From the NCBI GenBank assembly GCA_030038605.1, contig JASHSU010000152.1, positions 285-64,284 on the forward strand: a stretch of 64,000 nucleotides of DNA. Direction: 5' to 3'. Below are positions 1 through 7,576 of this stretch, in pieces. Source of the DNA: Thermoplasmata archaeon. GTDB taxonomy: Archaea > Thermoplasmatota > Thermoplasmata > Lutacidiplasmatales > UBA184. The position numbers and the translations under genes were made by a program. Below the pieces are notes generated by a model, which saw nothing but the letters and a program-made list of their open reading frames with translations, had not been told where the DNA came from and ran no database searches. Positions within the stretch are counted from its first letter, which is position 1. Each line of letters opens with the position of its first letter.

Positions 1-349
1 ACTCCCAGAGCGCCTTCTCGTCGAGCGCGGGGGCGACGAACCCTCGGGTGATGAAGTCCCCGAGACTCTTCTGGATGACATCCAGCGGCCGCTGGACGCC
101 GTCGTAGATCGACTTCAGCAGCCCCGGGCCGAGTTCGACGGAGAGCGCCTGGCCGGTGTTCTCGATCGGGTCCCCCGGGCGGATGCCCGTAGTGTCCTCG
201 TAGACCTGGATGGTGGCGGCGCCTCCGACGAGCCGGATGACCTCGCCGACCAGGCCGAGCGTGCCGACCCGGCAGACGTCGAACATCTTGGCGCCCTCAA
301 GTCCGTCCGCGATGACGACCGGCCCCGACACCCGCCCGACCACTGCCAT
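1..349 (-). CDS. atpA: A-type (A1A0/V-type) ATP synthase catalytic subunit A, N-terminal fragment. ATG at 349..347; the gene runs off the window start.
   Basis: Manual reverse translation gives MAVVGRVSGPVVIADGLEGAKMFDVCRVGTLGLVGEVIRLVGGAATIQVYEDTTGIRPGDPIENTGQALSVELGPGLLKSIYDGVQRPLDVIQ..., the conserved N-terminal beta-barrel of archaeal AtpA. It is absent from the ORF track because there is no in-window stop. Confidence 0.85.
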   Translation of the reverse strand, partial: MAVVGRVSGPVVIADGLEGAKMFDVCRVGTLGLVGEVIRLVGGAATIQVYEDTTGIRPGDPIENTGQALSVELGPGLLKSIYDGVQRPLDVIQKSLGDFITRGFVAPALDEKALWE

Positions 350-369
350 GGAAAACCTCCGAATTTTCG

Positions 370-708
370 TTAGTTGGGAACTGCGAGACTGACGCCCAGT
401 ACGCGCTTTGCCAGCTGGTTGATGCTCTCGACCTCGAAGTCGCCGGTCGGCGTCGGCACGAACACCACCAGCGGACGGATCGAGGCGTCCGCGTGGAGAC
501 GGGCGGATTCGCTCAGGCGGGCGCGGATCGACTGGCTGGCGATCACGAGGTTGAACTCGCCCGATGCCATCACGCGTTCGAACTCGGCCACACTGTTGGT
601 CGGCCCGACCTCGACGACGTCGGTCAAGCCGATCAGGCGGAAGCCGATGGCGAGCTCCCGCTCCCCGAGGACGACGGTCCGACGGGGCTCCGCGGTCTTC
701 TCGGCCAT
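370..708 (-). CDS. atpF: A-type ATP synthase subunit F
   Basis: 112-aa protein lying directly upstream of atpA on the same strand. Its size and sequence character (VVLGERELAIGFRLIGL...VIASQSI...PLVVFVPTPTG) match AtpF/V-type subunit F. Confidence 0.65.
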   Translation of the reverse strand: MAEKTAEPRRTVVLGERELAIGFRLIGLTDVVEVGPTNSVAEFERVMASGEFNLVIASQSIRARLSESARLHADASIRPLVVFVPTPTGDFEVESINQLAKRVLGVSLAVPN

Positions 709-801
709 GAGCGTCCACGGCGGGGTCCCGGCCTATTTAACGGCTGCTCCGGGGAGAGATGCGGAGGTGCCCGGTCGGCGAGAAATCGCGTCTTCGCGAC
801 G

Positions 802-1080
802 CTACTCGTAGACCGAGAAGTGGACGTGGTTCTCGTCGTCCGTGATGAGGATGCACTCCCCCTCGCACGAGAACAGGCACGCCTCGCAGACGATGCACTC
901 GGGGCCGTTCACCGCGAGTGACTTCTCCCCGCGGAACTGGAACTTCGCCCCGACCTCCGGGTTATCGACGACGTCCGGGACCTGGTCCCGGGGCTTGAGT
1001 TCGAAGACCTGGGTCGGGCAGACGTCCTTGCAGTGCGAGCAGCCGGTGCACCGCGCGAGGTCGATGTCGACCTGGACCAT
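802..1080 (-). CDS. 2x[4Fe-4S] ferredoxin
   Basis: Two cysteine clusters, CTGCSHCKDVCP and CIVCEACLFSCE, in 92 aa. Confidence 0.6.
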   Translation of the reverse strand: MVQVDIDLARCTGCSHCKDVCPTQVFELKPRDQVPDVVDNPEVGAKFQFRGEKSLAVNGPECIVCEACLFSCEGECILITDDENHVHFSVYE

Positions 1081-1128
1081 TCGGGAGGGTTCCGGCGCGG
1101 CGGCCTATTACGATTTTCCCGCGGGGAC

Positions 1129-1677
1129 CTACGCGGGCGGGGGGGGCGCCACGACCCGGCGTGACGCCCAGACCCCGACGATCGCGGTGACGAGGTAGGC
1201 GGCGAGCACGACGTCGTACAGGTACCGGATGTCGCCGCCGCTGTAGGTGATGCCGTAGAGATAGTCGGCGAACTGGGTGAGCGTGAAGGGGAACCCGAGC
1301 AACGAGTAGGTGAACACGATCGCCACGTCGGCGAGGAAGACGAGGAACGCGAACCCCGCCGCCCCAAGTCCGATCGCGCGTCCCAGGCGAGCGGACCCGC
1401 CGGTCCGCAGGCCGGCCCAGAGCACGGCCAGCGCGACCAGCAGCGTCAGGATACCCTGGGCGAGCAGGGCATACCAGTGGACGAAGTACTTCGGCACGGT
1501 CCCGAAGTCCGTCTGCAGATTCATGTCGGTGAACAGCATCACGACGACGAGGACGAAGTCCAGGAGCAGGAAGCCCGCCAGAATGGCGGTCCGCAATCGG
1601 CTGGCGCCCCACACGGTCGATGCACTCATGGTCCGACCATCGGAGACGGCGTATTTGGGCGCGGACCCGTCGAGCAA
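1129..1677 (-). CDS. Hypothetical integral membrane protein (about 4-5 predicted TM helices). The start may be internal.
   Basis: Hydrophobic helical segments (ILAGFLLLDFVLVVVMLF, LLAQGILTLLVALAVLWAGL, AIGLGAAGFAFLVFLADVAIVF) and no overlap with better ORFs. Confidence 0.4.
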   Translation of the reverse strand: MLDGSAPKYAVSDGRTMSASTVWGASRLRTAILAGFLLLDFVLVVVMLFTDMNLQTDFGTVPKYFVHWYALLAQGILTLLVALAVLWAGLRTGGSARLGRAIGLGAAGFAFLVFLADVAIVFTYSLLGFPFTLTQFADYLYGITYSGGDIRYLYDVVLAAYLVTAIVGVWASRRVVAPPPPA

Positions 1678-1690
1678 CTGTTAAAAGGTG
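1678..1690 (+). promoter_or_regulatory. TATA box for the Sm-L37e operon (likely leaderless transcript)
   Basis: TTAAAAGG lies 27 nt upstream of the Sm ATG, with no SD. Confidence 0.4.
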
Positions 1691-1714
1691 GGCCCCGTCT
1701 CGCGGGCTCCCTCG

Positions 1715-1927
1715 ATGCGGCCCCTCGACGTCCTGCAGCAGAGCCTGCACAAGCGCGTGCTGGTGGAGATGAAGGGCGGACGCTCGTACCGGGGCGTGCT
1801 GGACGCCTACGACCAGCACCTGAACCTCGTCCTGTCCGCCGCCGAGGAGGTCGTCAACGACCAGGTGACCCCCCGTGGGGGCGTCACCCTCTTGCGCGGC
1901 GACTCCATCGTCTACATCTCCCCCTAG
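1715..1927 (+). CDS. Sm-like (LSm) archaeal protein
   Basis: MRPLDVLQQSLHKRVLVEMKGGRSYRGVLDAYDQHLNLVLSAAEEV... carries Sm1/Sm2 motifs. ATG at 1715, with a TATA-like TTAAAAGG at 1681-1688 about 27 nt upstream (likely leaderless). It is followed immediately by L37e, the conserved archaeal Sm-L37e pair. Confidence 0.85.
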   Translation: MRPLDVLQQSLHKRVLVEMKGGRSYRGVLDAYDQHLNLVLSAAEEVVNDQVTPRGGVTLLRGDSIVYISP

Positions 1928-1939
1928 GAAGGTCCGACC

Positions 1940-2101
1940 ATGGGAAAGGGAACTCCGGCCCGTCGTGGCGGCAAGATCGTCCACGTCATCTGCCGGCGGT
2001 GCGGCCGCCACTCGTACCACCGCCAGAAGGCGGTCTGCGCCTCCTGCGGATTCGGCGAGACGGCGCGCCGCCGCGGCTACAGCTGGGCCAAACTCCACTA
2101 G
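1940..2101 (+). CDS. rpl37e: 50S ribosomal protein L37e
   Basis: Manual translation gives MGKGTPARRGGKIVHVICRRCGRHSYHRQKAVCASCGFGETARRRGYSWAKLH*, a C4 zinc ribbon of L37e. At 53 aa it falls below the ORF-track size cut-off. Confidence 0.85.
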   Translation: MGKGTPARRGGKIVHVICRRCGRHSYHRQKAVCASCGFGETARRRGYSWAKLH

Positions 2102-2670
2102 CCGGCGGAGGGCCGGGGTCGGGAGACCCATCGATTCCCACGGACACTGAACCGCAGCGGCCGTTCGACCGCGCGGGAGATCCCCACGCGGGGCCCTCGT
2201 ACGACGCGCGGGGCCGGTACTCGGGGGTTCGCCGAGGTCAGCGACATGCGTCGGCCGACGGTCATGTCGGCGCCGTCGTCCGTCATCGTCAGGCCCAGGA
2301 ATCGACACAGGCGTCCGGGGCCGGACGGGTTACCCTCCGTCGGGCGGATAGGAGTGCCCGCCCGGAGGAGCACTGCCTCGCCCGGCCGCGTCACCAGATT
2401 CGCGCAGACGACCTGGTGGATGCGGAACATGTAGAGCGTGCCGGGCGGCCCGTACATCGAGCGATTCCGTCGCGTCGGGCCCCGGAAGGCGTGACTCGCG
2501 GGGTCGCCGGTGAGATACGCTTCCACCTCGACCAGACGCACCGACCGGGCGCCGTCGGGTCCGCGAACGGTCAGTCGTGCACCGAGCAGGTCCCGCGCGA
2601 CCCGGGTCGTCGGGCGGTCAAAAAACGCGCGACCCCAGCGACGGGCCGGTGCCTCAGACGAGTTCGCCAC
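2098..2670 (-). CDS. DNA-3-methyladenine glycosylase (MPG/AAG family, Pur_DNA_glyco). The start is uncertain and may be a GTG near 2670; the track ORF extends to 2754.
   Basis: FFDRPTTRVARDLLGARL...VRLVEVEAYLTGDPASHAFRGPTRRNRSMYGPPGTLYMF matches conserved MPG-family blocks. Confidence 0.7.
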   Translation of the reverse strand: MANSSEAPARRWGRAFFDRPTTRVARDLLGARLTVRGPDGARSVRLVEVEAYLTGDPASHAFRGPTRRNRSMYGPPGTLYMFRIHQVVCANLVTRPGEAVLLRAGTPIRPTEGNPSGPGRLCRFLGLTMTDDGADMTVGRRMSLTSANPRVPAPRVVRGPRVGISRAVERPLRFSVRGNRWVSRPRPSAG

Positions 2671-3763
2671 GGTCCACGAGCGGCGTGCCGTCCACGGCCA
2701 CCGTCGCCTCCCCGAGGGTGATCCAGGAGAGGAACCGGCACGCGTTGGTCCCACCGTACGCCGTGTTCCCGCCGATGGCGAGCGTCACGGTCCCGGCCGG
2801 CGCGTCCTCCGCCTGGGGCAGCCCGGCCGGCACGGCGTGGTTGAGACCGATCCCGAGCAACCCGACGACCTCTCGGCCCCGGGGCGCGGCCGAGAACTCG
2901 CGCGCGAACCCGTCGCCACCGCTGGTGTACCAGAACTCGCGCAGCCGTCCCCGCTCGAGGTCCCACTGGCCGCCGTCGACCCGTCCGGAGGGAAGGAAGC
3001 TCGGTCGGTCGGCGATGGCGGTCCCTACCGCCGATCGCTCGTCCAGGGCCATGACGACGGTCCCGCCGGGTACGGTCAGCGCATGCCGTCGGGGATTCCG
3101 TCCCCGACGTTCGACCCGTCCGTGGTCGATCGTGGGCGGGCTCTTGCCGAGCCGCAGGGTGACGTCGGTTCCGTTCGGGGCCGTGACCCGGACCTCCCGG
3201 CCCCGAGTGAGCGAGCGCGCGACCGTGGCGCCGGTCGTGGCCATCGCCTCGGGGTCGGAGTCGACGACGGCGCGCACCATCTGACTGCGCCACAGCACGC
3301 CCGGCACCCGCCACCGCTCCCCCTGCGCGTCGGAGGCGTAGCCGAGCAGACACCGAACCCCGCGAACGTTCAGACGATGACAGAGCGTCATCCACGCATC
3401 GGACATCCCATGGAACGGGGCCTGCTGGGCGGCCGGCAGCCCGTGGAGGCGCGGCCGGTCCGCCGGACCGGCGAAGTAGACGAGGGCGTCCGCCTCGCGC
3501 AGCGCCGCCCGGACCCCGGTCGGGATCCCGGCCCACACCCGGGTCGCGGGCGCGACCTCGACCGACCGCCAGAAGGTCGCCTCATCCTCGAGCAGGAGGG
3601 TCGCTCGGCCCCCGAGACGTCGGGCCTCCGCGACGCAGGCCGAGGCCCACGGGAGCGTGTGCGTCCACGACGCGACGACCAGCTCCTCCCCCCGGGAGAA
3701 TCCGAGCGCCTCGTCCACCAGCGCGCGGCCCACGGCCGCCGGCGTCGGAGTCTCGGGCGCCAT
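2654..3763 (-). CDS. Aminopeptidase, probably M29 (AmpS/PepS-like) family
   Basis: 369-aa soluble protein with M29-like blocks (VTAPNGTDVTLRLG..., GIGLNHA..., TLAIGGNTAYGG). The family call is from memory only. Confidence 0.45.
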   Translation of the reverse strand: MAPETPTPAAVGRALVDEALGFSRGEELVVASWTHTLPWASACVAEARRLGGRATLLLEDEATFWRSVEVAPATRVWAGIPTGVRAALREADALVYFAGPADRPRLHGLPAAQQAPFHGMSDAWMTLCHRLNVRGVRCLLGYASDAQGERWRVPGVLWRSQMVRAVVDSDPEAMATTGATVARSLTRGREVRVTAPNGTDVTLRLGKSPPTIDHGRVERRGRNPRRHALTVPGGTVVMALDERSAVGTAIADRPSFLPSGRVDGGQWDLERGRLREFWYTSGGDGFAREFSAAPRGREVVGLLGIGLNHAVPAGLPQAEDAPAGTVTLAIGGNTAYGGTNACRFLSWITLGEATVAVDGTPLVDRGELV

Positions 3764-3811
3764 GCGCCGGCCCCAGCCGGCCCGGCGATTTATCGTCCGG
3801 GTGCCCCGGCC

Positions 3812-5053
3812 TCAGGGCGCGCGACCGGACCGGACCCGTGCCACGATCTCCGCCGCGGGCCGACCCGCCTCCAGCGCCCGGGCGACGTGAACGACGAGGT
3901 CGCCCGCGTTCCGGCGCGTCGGAGAAAACGGGCCCACCGGCCACCGCCGGGGGAACGCCGTCCACCCTCCGGACCGGCGGGCGGCCCGGCGCACCACGTC
4001 CCGCACTCGGCGGCCGGACGCGAAGTCGCTCAGATCCTTCCGGACGTCCGCCGTCATCCCTGCGTCCGTAGCGAAGGCGAGCAGCGACCGGAGCTTCTCC
4101 GGCCGGTGACGACGACGCCGAACGCCGGACCCGAGGACACCGTTGAAGTAGAGGAAGGGGCCGCCGAGTTCCATCGCCTCCAGGAGCGTGCGACTCCCCG
4201 TGACGATCCGTAGGGAGGCCCGACGGAAGCGGGCCTCCCACGCGGGGGACGCAAGCGAACCGACGATCAGGCGCCCCTGTTCGATCGGGAGTGGGACGGA
4301 CCAGGGTCGTGGGCTCACGACCGTCAGGTGCGGGATGGGATCGGCCGCCTGCAGCCCGGCGATCACTTCCAATAGCAAGCGCTCGGCGCTCGCAGGGCTC
4401 GCGTACCACAGCCACTCGGGTCGCCGGGGGCGATGGGGCGCCGGTCGCGAACGGTACCGTTCCGGCCAGAGCGGCCCGACCTGGACCGATGCGGGCCAGC
4501 TCCGGGCGAACCCTCGATCCGGCGCAAACGTGGCGAACACGTGGAGGACCCGCGGATGGTCGAACGCCCGAAACCGGCGGAACGCCTCGACGTAGGTCTC
4601 GGTCTCCTGACGCGTCCGGGCCTCCCGCACGGACCCGGCCAGCGCGCGGGACCGGATGCCTCCTTCCCGGAATCGCTCGCGTTGCTCGCGGCCCGGTGAC
4701 AGGGTCCGCGCGAACTCCTCGAGGCTCACGTGGAGGACGCGGTCGGGTCCGTACGCCGCCTCCAGGTCGGCGACTTCGGTCGACCAGGGACCCCCGCGGC
4801 CGTAGGGCCCGGGCCGGGAGGGAGCGCCGCTGAGACCCCACGCCGGGGTGACGGTGAGGGCGGAGCGACCGGCGCGCACCGGTCGATCCACGCGAGCCAA
4901 CGGGGGCCAGTCCCAGGGCCCGTCCACCGATTTCGGCAGCGGAGAGCCCGGGCGACGGTAGAGGGTGACCGGGAAACCGGCCCGCGCCAGGCGTCGGCCG
5001 GCCGCGAGCGTCTCCTCGATGTCGCCGAGCCCACCGCCGATCACCGCGGGCAT
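3812..5053 (-). CDS. Hypothetical protein (possible Rossmann/GT-like fold). The real start is taken as ATG at 5053; the track ORF extends to 5380 through low-complexity sequence.
   Basis: A non-repetitive globular-looking sequence begins at MPAVIGGGLGDIEETLAAGRRLARAGFPVTLY.... It lies 38 nt downstream of the GNAT gene in the same operon. Confidence 0.35.
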   Translation of the reverse strand: MPAVIGGGLGDIEETLAAGRRLARAGFPVTLYRRPGSPLPKSVDGPWDWPPLARVDRPVRAGRSALTVTPAWGLSGAPSRPGPYGRGGPWSTEVADLEAAYGPDRVLHVSLEEFARTLSPGREQRERFREGGIRSRALAGSVREARTRQETETYVEAFRRFRAFDHPRVLHVFATFAPDRGFARSWPASVQVGPLWPERYRSRPAPHRPRRPEWLWYASPASAERLLLEVIAGLQAADPIPHLTVVSPRPWSVPLPIEQGRLIVGSLASPAWEARFRRASLRIVTGSRTLLEAMELGGPFLYFNGVLGSGVRRRRHRPEKLRSLLAFATDAGMTADVRKDLSDFASGRRVRDVVRRAARRSGGWTAFPRRWPVGPFSPTRRNAGDLVVHVARALEAGRPAAEIVARVRSGRAP

Positions 5054-5090
5054 CAGGTAGACGTCGACGCCGCCGGCCCCCGGGCCGGGC

Positions 5091-6035
5091 TTACGCGACC
5101 GGCCGGTAGAGCGTCCAGAGCGCTTCGGCGGGATGGAATCCCTCCGGCTCGATCGCCGCACGGGTCCGGGTCTCGTAGACGGGCACGGAGACCACGACGC
5201 GGACGGCGCCCCGGGCCCCGCACCAGGCGCCCGCGACGCGGACCAACTCCCGTACGAGTGCCGGGTCGGCGTTCGGCCCGACGATCGGTCCGGCCACGTG
5301 GGCGGCGTCCATGCTCGGGTTCCGGGAGGCCCCGATGGCGGCCTCGACGCCATGGCCCCGGTCGACGACCCAGGCCGCACTCTCCGTCTCGAAGATCTTC
5401 TGGTCGAAGCCGTCGGGCGCGAGACCGGTCGTCCGGCGGGGCAGGACCTTCAGCACCTCGGCGGGAATCTCCGCCGTGGCCAGCGCGAGGAGCGGCTTCT
5501 CGTCCGACTTCCGATACGCCCGGATCCCGGCCGGCAAGGCCGTCCGCTCCGGCCCGAACTCGGCCAGGTGGTCGCGGGCGAAGTAGTGGACCTCGCGCAG
5601 CGGCACGTAGCCGAGACGGCCCTCGTAGAGCGTCCGCGCCGGGGTGTTCTCCGTGAGGACGTCGAGCACGAGGTACTGGCGACCCGCCCGCTGCGCGATC
5701 CGCCGGGTCTCCTCGAGGAGCGCGCGGGCAAACCCCCGTCGTCGGACGGACGGGTCGGTCGCCACGGAGCTGATGTACACCGAGCGGCCGGGGAACGAGA
5801 GCAGCGTCGTGCCGACGACCCGACCGCCCTCGTCCGCGATGAGGAAGCGGAAGACCGGTTTGCCCACCAGACGGAGCAACCCCAGCAGGATGCGCGTGTC
5901 CCACCGGTAGACCCGCTTCACCACTCGGAAGACGATCTCGGGTCGCATCCCGAGCAGGCGCTCCTCGGCGGGGAACTGCGAGGAAAGGAGGTGGGCGACA
6001 CCGGCGGTGTCGGCCGGTCGGAAGTTCCGGATCAT
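5091..6035 (-). CDS. GNAT-family N-acetyltransferase (two-domain)
   Basis: Acetyl-CoA binding motif region VATDPSVRRRGFARALLEE..., 314 aa. The start overlaps the stop of the upstream HEAT gene by 4 nt. Confidence 0.6.
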   Translation of the reverse strand: MIRNFRPADTAGVAHLLSSQFPAEERLLGMRPEIVFRVVKRVYRWDTRILLGLLRLVGKPVFRFLIADEGGRVVGTTLLSFPGRSVYISSVATDPSVRRRGFARALLEETRRIAQRAGRQYLVLDVLTENTPARTLYEGRLGYVPLREVHYFARDHLAEFGPERTALPAGIRAYRKSDEKPLLALATAEIPAEVLKVLPRRTTGLAPDGFDQKIFETESAAWVVDRGHGVEAAIGASRNPSMDAAHVAGPIVGPNADPALVRELVRVAGAWCGARGAVRVVVSVPVYETRTRAAIEPEGFHPAEALWTLYRPVA

Positions 6036-7576
6036 CCGCCGTCGTCCTCGAAAGTCGTGGCGATGGCGCTCTCGAAGAGGGTGCGGAGGGTCGGTGCCGG
6101 TCGGTCCTCGACGAGCTCGGGCAGCGGCAGCCGGGCCAGTCGGTCGAGTTCCTCGTCGGGCAGCCGGGCCCGGGCGGCCAGCAGCGCGCTCTGGACGACC
6201 GGGTCATCGGCGCCGTGCGGCAGGCGGCCCAGCGCCTGCACGATCGCATCGAACAGACGGCTCTCCGCGTCGGAGCGGAGCAGGTCCTCCTCGTCGGTCG
6301 GTACCGGCGCGCTCTCGAGACACGGACCGGTGCGGAGCAGGCGCACGAGCTCTTCCCGGGCCCCGTCGTCCCCGAGGCGGCCGAGGGCCCAGACCGCGGC
6401 CAGACGGACCTCCGGCGCGGGGTCCGCGAGCTCCTCGCGGATGCGCGGTGCCGCCGCCTCGAGACCGAGTTGACCGAGCGCGTACGTCGCGCCGCGACGG
6501 GGCCACGGGTGCTCGTCTTCCAACCGGTCGAGCAGGCGCGTCAGGTCGTCGGGGCTGCCGACCGCACCCAGGGCGACCGCCGCCGCCCCGCGGACCGGCC
6601 AGGCGGGGTCGGCGAGTCGCTCCCGCGCGGTCGCCCGGGCGTCGTCACCGCCGAGCTCCCCGAGCGCGTGCACGGCGCAGACCCGCAGCCAGTGCTGCGG
6701 GGACCGGGAGGCGTCGACCAGCGGTGCCACCGCCGTCGGGTCTCCGATCCGTCCCAGCGCGACCATCACGGAGGGTTTCTCCCAGGTCTCGGGTTGCGCG
6801 AGGATCTCGAGGAGGCGCGGCACGGCCTCGTCGTCGTGGAGGCGTCCGCAGATGACCGCGGCCGCGGCCCGCACGCGGCGCGAGGGGTCGTGGAGCATCG
6901 CACGGACGAGTCCGCGGACCTCGGGACGGCCCGCCCGCCCCAGACCGAGGACCGCCTCGCGGCGCACGCGGTCGGACGGGTCCGCGAGCAACGGTCCCAA
7001 GCCCGCGTGCGCGGCCTCGGTGCCGATCCGGCCCAAGGTACGGGCCACGGCCAGTCGGACGCCCGCGTCCGGGTCGACGGCAGCCCGGGTGAGGGCCGGT
7101 ACCGAGTCCGAAGGCGCGGCGGCGCCGAGCGCGTCGGCCGTCTTGCGACGGACCTCGGGCTCCGGGTCGTCGAGCATAGCTTCGAGGGCCTGTCGCGTAT
7201 CGGGGCGGCCCGCCGGGCCGAGGGCCTCGGCGACGGCGGCGCGAACGGCCGGGTCCGGATCGCTCAGCGCGGCCGCGAGGGTGGTGGCGGCCCGGGGGTC
7301 GGCGAGCAGGCCGAGGGCGACCGCCGCCGTCTGCCGGATCCCCGCCACCGGGTCGCTCAGGGCGACCAGGAGCGGCGTCAGGTCGTCGACCCGGCCCCGT
7401 CGGGCGGTCGCGCGGAGTTCCGCGGCGCGCTCGGAGGGGCGCAGCTCGGTCGGCGGTGTCCGTCGGGCGGCGGGGCGTCGGGCCGGTCGTCGTTCCGGCG
7501 CCGGGCGGCGCGCTCGCTGGGCCACGCCGGCTCCACGGCGGCTCGGGCTAAAACGTCCCCCCGCTCGCGGCGGCAC
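6032..7576 (-). CDS. HEAT/PBS-lyase repeat protein. The N-terminus is low-complexity, so the start may be internal.
   Basis: >10 repeats of the form DPdpxVRxxAaxALGxlG..., characteristic of PBS-lyase HEAT-like repeats. Confidence 0.65.
   Translation of the reverse strand: MPPRAGGRFSPSRRGAGVAQRARRPAPERRPARRPAARRTPPTELRPSERAAELRATARRGRVDDLTPLLVALSDPVAGIRQTAAVALGLLADPRAATTLAAALSDPDPAVRAAVAEALGPAGRPDTRQALEAMLDDPEPEVRRKTADALGAAAPSDSVPALTRAAVDPDAGVRLAVARTLGRIGTEAAHAGLGPLLADPSDRVRREAVLGLGRAGRPEVRGLVRAMLHDPSRRVRAAAAVICGRLHDDEAVPRLLEILAQPETWEKPSVMVALGRIGDPTAVAPLVDASRSPQHWLRVCAVHALGELGGDDARATARERLADPAWPVRGAAAVALGAVGSPDDLTRLLDRLEDEHPWPRRGATYALGQLGLEAAAPRIREELADPAPEVRLAAVWALGRLGDDGAREELVRLLRTGPCLESAPVPTDEEDLLRSDAESRLFDAIVQALGRLPHGADDPVVQSALLAARARLPDEELDRLARLPLPELVEDRPAPTLRTLFESAIATTFEDDGG

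Noticed and set aside
962-2721. Long ORFs 962..2308(-), 1477..2721(+), 1310..1684(+) overlapping the Sm/L37e/membrane-protein region
   Set aside because: Arg/Pro/Gly-rich low-complexity translations typical of wrong-frame reading of 70% GC DNA. They overlap well-supported genes (Sm, L37e, MPG).
2510-5656. ORFs 2510..4213(+), 2571..3536(-), 3582..4841(-), 4730..5656(+), 5053..6249(-)
   Set aside because: Same GC-driven artefact. They lie antisense to, or out of frame with, the aminopeptidase, hypothetical and GNAT genes, and are extremely R/P/G-rich.
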